This document shows, piece after piece, positions 59,693-64,000 of a DNA stretch of 64,000 nt. Source of the DNA: Rhodosorus marinus CCMP1338 (taxonomy: Eukaryota; Plantae; Rhodophyta); the NCBI GenBank assembly GCA_029953675.1, contig JAMWBK010000003.1:2542001-2606000 (forward strand), in the 5' to 3' direction. Each line of letters begins with the position of its first letter. Positions within the stretch are counted from its first letter, which is position 1. The position numbers were made by a program, and so were the translations under genes. The notes beneath the pieces are model-generated. The model was not told where the DNA came from. It made no database searches and saw only the letters and a list, made by a program, of their open reading frames with translations.

Positions 59693-61036
59693 CGATTTCT
59701 GTATTGGCATCTGTGCAGGTTAGGGCTCAGAGAGAGAATTGTTTTTCCCGCAAGCCAGTTTACTGGATTCCGGATGCATGTGGTAAAGGATAATGAAAAT
59801 TCCTCCAAAAAAATAACAGTCAAGAAAACGGACACGTCCGATTATCTCAAAAAGCTCCTACACAAATGGGCCGCATCGTTCTTAAAATCATCAGGGTCCA
59901 ATAGAACTTCATATCATGCAGAATCTTCATTATTTATCTCGAAGCTGACACCATGAATGGGCCACATCGTTCTTACATGCATCAGAGTTACAATTTTACA
60001 TCACGCAGCATCTTTATGCGGATATCTCGTTTCTTTTCTTCAACCGAAAATTTTCTTGTAGAAACCAGGAACGTTCGTGTTTCCTCAACGAAATCCATTC
60101 GTCTTCTTCACAAAACTAAACGGGATAAGGGGAGACAACCCTACTCTTCAATCTCATCTCCAGAAGCTCCCCTTCTCCCCCACTCACTCCAAAGTTTTTC
60201 CCTGTATCCCTGCCTCGAAACGCACACCATGCTGCTCCTGCCCCACCCGTTAGAGTCCCCCGTCAGGGGAGACTGATGTCTGACGCGTTTGACAATAAGA
60301 CACCGCCAAAATTACATTTCTACTGTCAAAACGGACATATCATCCGAATTTGTTTCAAAGAATATTTTACCAACAATATATGAAATGCTTTAAAATATTA
60401 CTAGTTTTCTTCTCCATGTTTCGGTAAAAGGGTTCCAAAAACGAAACTAAAAAAGAGGATAATTCTGCCTTGGCAGGAAGGAAAAAAAATAGGATAGAAA
60501 AAATGGTTTAAGCAAACAAAAAAAGAGATGGAGGGTTTTGTGTCAGAGAACATAAAATTGTTGTTTGGACGGATGACGCGATAAAAGTAATATGGTTTGT
60601 TCTGGGTTTTTCTAAAACTTTTCGCACGGATTGACGAAAACGGTTGTCAAAAATGAGGGGTTTTGTAGAAACCTGGGTTTTTGAAGGTTTTGGGGTTTTA
60701 AGGTGAGGGTTGGCAGGGGAAGGGAAAGGGAGGAGCGGAGGGAAGGAGAGGCGGGTGTGGGGTGTATGGTAGTGTATTGAGGTATACTTATTGAAAGGTT
60801 TAGACCTATAAATACGGAACCTCAAGAACTCGATTCCCTCTGGTATCTGTGTTTGTTTGTTTTTTTCTTGCATGCTGTGGAGCTGAGCGCTGAGGTTTTC
60901 GACCGAGTTTTTTTTTTTCTTCTTTTGGTTTGGAGAGCTCGGAGAGCGAACCGGAGGTTGGGGGGGCGTTCTTATCGACAACTTTTGTTGCCCGTGAGAT
61001 CCGCTACCTGTTTTTATCTGCTGTACCAGTTCTCTG

Positions 61037-62854
61037 ATGGCGGGGTCCGCGACGCCGGAGCGTGCTCCCAGCAGAGGATTTACTGGGCTGAAGGGTCGCT
61101 TGTCGAGGAAGAAAGGAGCGGTTGGAGTGAAGACCAAGTCGAAAACGAGAGCGGCCTTTGATCCTTCTAGGTACACTGAGCAATCGGAGAGTGCTCTTCA
61201 AGGAAAGACGATAGAGAAACCCGCGGTCAATTCCTACGCCCTGTTGGAGAAGCACGATGCGGTGGTAGCTGGCGCAGTGTCACTCAGAAAAGCGAACATG
61301 CTTTCGTTTAGCAGCTGGGAGACATTCTACGCAGAACTCAGAGGAACAACTGTACTCTTGTATCCGGACGGGAACGCTCGTACTCGAGGAAACATCGATT
61401 CGAACCTTGTCGGCCTGTTCTCGATGGCCGGCTGCGTCTGTACATCAAAGGGAGGGAACGTTGTGCGGTTGAGGAAAGACGGTTTCGCAATGTTGCTGCG
61501 CGTGGAAAGCCCTGATAAGGTTCGCAGATGGATTGATGCTCTGGAGATCGCAGCGGGCCAGCACAGTCGACGGCCCTCCGATTTTCGAGTGATCGCTGCG
61601 ATTGGAGAGGGGGCAGGCGGAAAGGTCTTCTTGGTGATGGACGTGCATACTGGGGAGAGGTATGCTTCGACCCCCTAACGTTGACCAAGTTTTCCCCCAT
61701 GGAAGACCAGAACCCCGTTTAACAAAGGTATTTTCTCCTGTTCTTGCAGACTAGCCATGAAGAGCATTCCAAAGGATAAGGTGAACCAAACTGCAGCTGG
61801 ATTTCGGCATATGGTTGACGAGAGACTATTGATGCAGCTGAGCGTTGGGCATCCGTTCTTGGTGCAGCTCCGCTACGCGTTCCAGACTCGGAAACGTTTC
61901 TATCTGGTTACCAATTTCTGTGAAGGGGGTGATATCTATTATTATATGTATCACAGCCAGAGCGGGTTAAGCGAAATCGAAGCGAAGGCTGTTTGTGCGG
62001 AAGTCCTATTGGCGCTGGAGCACATTCACAAGCTCGGGTTTATTTACAGAGATTTAAAGCCGGAAAACATTCTGCTGGACGGAAACGGGCACGTAAGGCT
62101 GGCCGACTTTGGCCTCTGTAAGCACTTCAAGGAGCCGCTGCGGCTTGCAAGAACTGGGACGATCTGTGGCACTCATTCCTATGTTGCTCCGGAAATGTTG
62201 ACGGAGAACTATGGCGATTCAATTGACGCGTGGGCAATGGGAGTTTTCTTGTACAACATTGTTGTTGGTCAGCCACCTTTCGTAGCAACCAACCTTACCG
62301 AGGTTGAAGAAAACCTGAAGGCCGATGAGGAGATAACTTTCTACGACTCGATTATGTCCGAAAAGCTTATTGACTTTATTTCCGGGTGCGCTATATTTCC
62401 CATCTCATTACGGTAACAGGGCTAGATGCAGTACACGTGTTAGTGCATCAGGTATCTCAACAGGGCGATTTTTTTTTTCGTACTGTGTATGTTATTTTGG
62501 GCCTACAGACTTCTTGACAAGAAATCCTCCACGCGCTTGGGTTGCAAGGAATCCAGTCTCGCGGAGCTGAAGGAGCACGAATTCTTGGTGGACCTGAACT
62601 GGAACGATGTCCTCCAGAAGACGCAGCCCACCGAAGGGCGGCTGAGAATCAAGCAATCGAAGACGGGTGAGGGGAATTCGGATCAGGGTCTCTTAAGAAA
62701 CTTCGAGCCCTCCGAGTGGAGGCACGTAAAGCTGGATCCTGAGGCCCCAGATCCAACGTACGGAAGACTATGGCCTCCCTTGGGCGGGCGGGAGCTTTCC
62801 GAGATGGACAACAACCTCCTTTTGGGGTTCGAATTCTCGTCGGCATCTGCATAG
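61037..62854 (+). CDS. PH-domain + AGC-family Ser/Thr kinase
   Basis: PH-like SWETFYAELRG…VRRWIDALE, then IGEGAGGKV, LAMK, HPFLVQLRYAFQT, YRDLKPEN, ADFGLCK, GTHSYVAPE and a C-terminal LLGFEF hydrophobic motif. Two introns. Confidence 0.92.
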
Positions 62855-62975
62855 CCTCCCACCACAGGGCCCGACGAGCACTCGCGATACAGAATTTTGT
62901 GGAAGCCAGTTTATTGGATTCCAGGAATAGATTATTTTCAATACCTTCAGCATACTGACCATATCTACAAGTGAT

Positions 62976-64000
62976 CTAAATCTGCGGACCCGCAGATGCT
63001 ACCTTTGAATCGAGGTCCGCCGGTTGAAGCAGCTGTGTATACAGGTTGTTATTCTTCAGCAGTTCCACGGCCTGACAGGTGTACAGGAATCACAGACGCA
63101 AGCAAATCAAAATGGCAAAGAGAGAAGCACGGCTTTTGATTAGATCCAGGATGTTGTGTATGTCCTCAAACATAAGTACTTAAAAGTAATAAAATCGTAT
63201 TCGTGTGAATCGAGGCAAGGTGTGTTTTGTCTTCTTTGAGGACTTCTCGCATACCTTGAGCACTTGCGCATCAGTCTTCGCTTCAGCAACCAGGCGAACT
63301 GACTCCGCTTGCGTCCTAGACCTTATCGAGTGTTCGAGCCTCCTACGTATTTCCGTTCCATGTCTCACAAAATCTAGTTTCATCTCCGCAGATATTGTGC
63401 TCCGTAATTGGTTCATGTGACCTCCGTCCGAGTAGCCTTCCTCTTTGAGATACTTTTCCAGCGACTCCAGTCCCAAATCTACTCGAGATTTGTACTTGAA
63501 GTCGCTATCGTCGACGAATTTTACAAAGTCCTTGTAAATGGTGTTTGTAACTACAAAATTGTCGGGCAAAGGAGCATGCAGCTATAGCAGTAGAGCAACC
63601 AGGTGCAACAAGAGAAAAAAAAAAAGGCTCGCGTACGTCAGCTCTTCATGAAAGGTCTATTGATAGAGGCCGACGGACAAGAATCGGCGAGAAAAGGAAT
63701 CCGCTACTTACATTGGCGGCATAGTCATTTGCAAAGTAGAAGAACAGCCCCTTCTCAATCAGTGATGCCTCGAGTTCACTTAGTTGTGAGGCAGGGGCCA
63801 CAAAGTCAACATCAATTCCCCCACCGTCTTTGACAGATCGACCGTGAAGTGTACGAAACTCCTGCGAATCAAGGGGAATACAATGAGCTTTCCGCTCCTA
63901 CATTGCAGAGAATTCATCCCCTCAACGGCAACGCCGAAAACAACTTACCAGTCTGTCCGCGTCCAACCTTTCCTTGGCCACGAGCGTACCGTTATCTGAC
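62976..64000 (-). CDS. Carboxyl-terminal processing peptidase (S41A/CtpA-like), 3' part only
   Basis: Exons read EFRTLHGRSVKDGGGIDVDF, FVVTNTIYKDFVKFV…FKYKS…EIRRRLEHSIRSR…DAQVLK and AVELLKNNNLYTQLLQP…*, like the long C-terminal region of bacterial CtpA/Prc proteins. The catalytic region lies outside the window. Confidence 0.72.

Overview
This is compact eukaryotic nuclear DNA (short GT-AG introns, gene-dense). It is most likely a red alga: several plastid-targeted proteins start with the rhodophyte-type M-x(x)-GF(V) transit-peptide motif (inference, species not identifiable here). Recognisable genes: RABL3-like GTPase, PPR-like protein, ORC3, plastid stromal processing peptidase, RNase Z, SDHAF4/DUF1674, an SDR, CDC6, an RRM protein, GID8, a CUE-Smr nuclease, kynurenine 3-monooxygenase, two tandem LtrA-family genes, two tandem plastid bestrophins, phosphopantothenate-cysteine ligase (PPCS), a PH-AGC kinase and a partial S41 peptidase, plus several orphans. 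No CRISPR array, rRNA or confident tRNA was seen. The most unusual items are: (1) a decayed locus at about 6970-8080 with reverse-transcriptase-like motifs in the right order, interrupted by a 32-bp tandem array whose units are built from mini-hairpins (speculative); (2) a bestrophin pair where only one copy has an acidic/proline tail; (3) a degenerate inverted copy of the PPCS 3' end 1 kb downstream of the gene; (4) an LtrA duplication with near-identical CDS, divergent flanks and one hypervariable patch; (5) convergent genes whose stop codons overlap; (6) an oversized 411-nt intron; (7) a 22-bp CCAAT-containing minisatellite. Intron/exon models were made by eye and no database searches were run.
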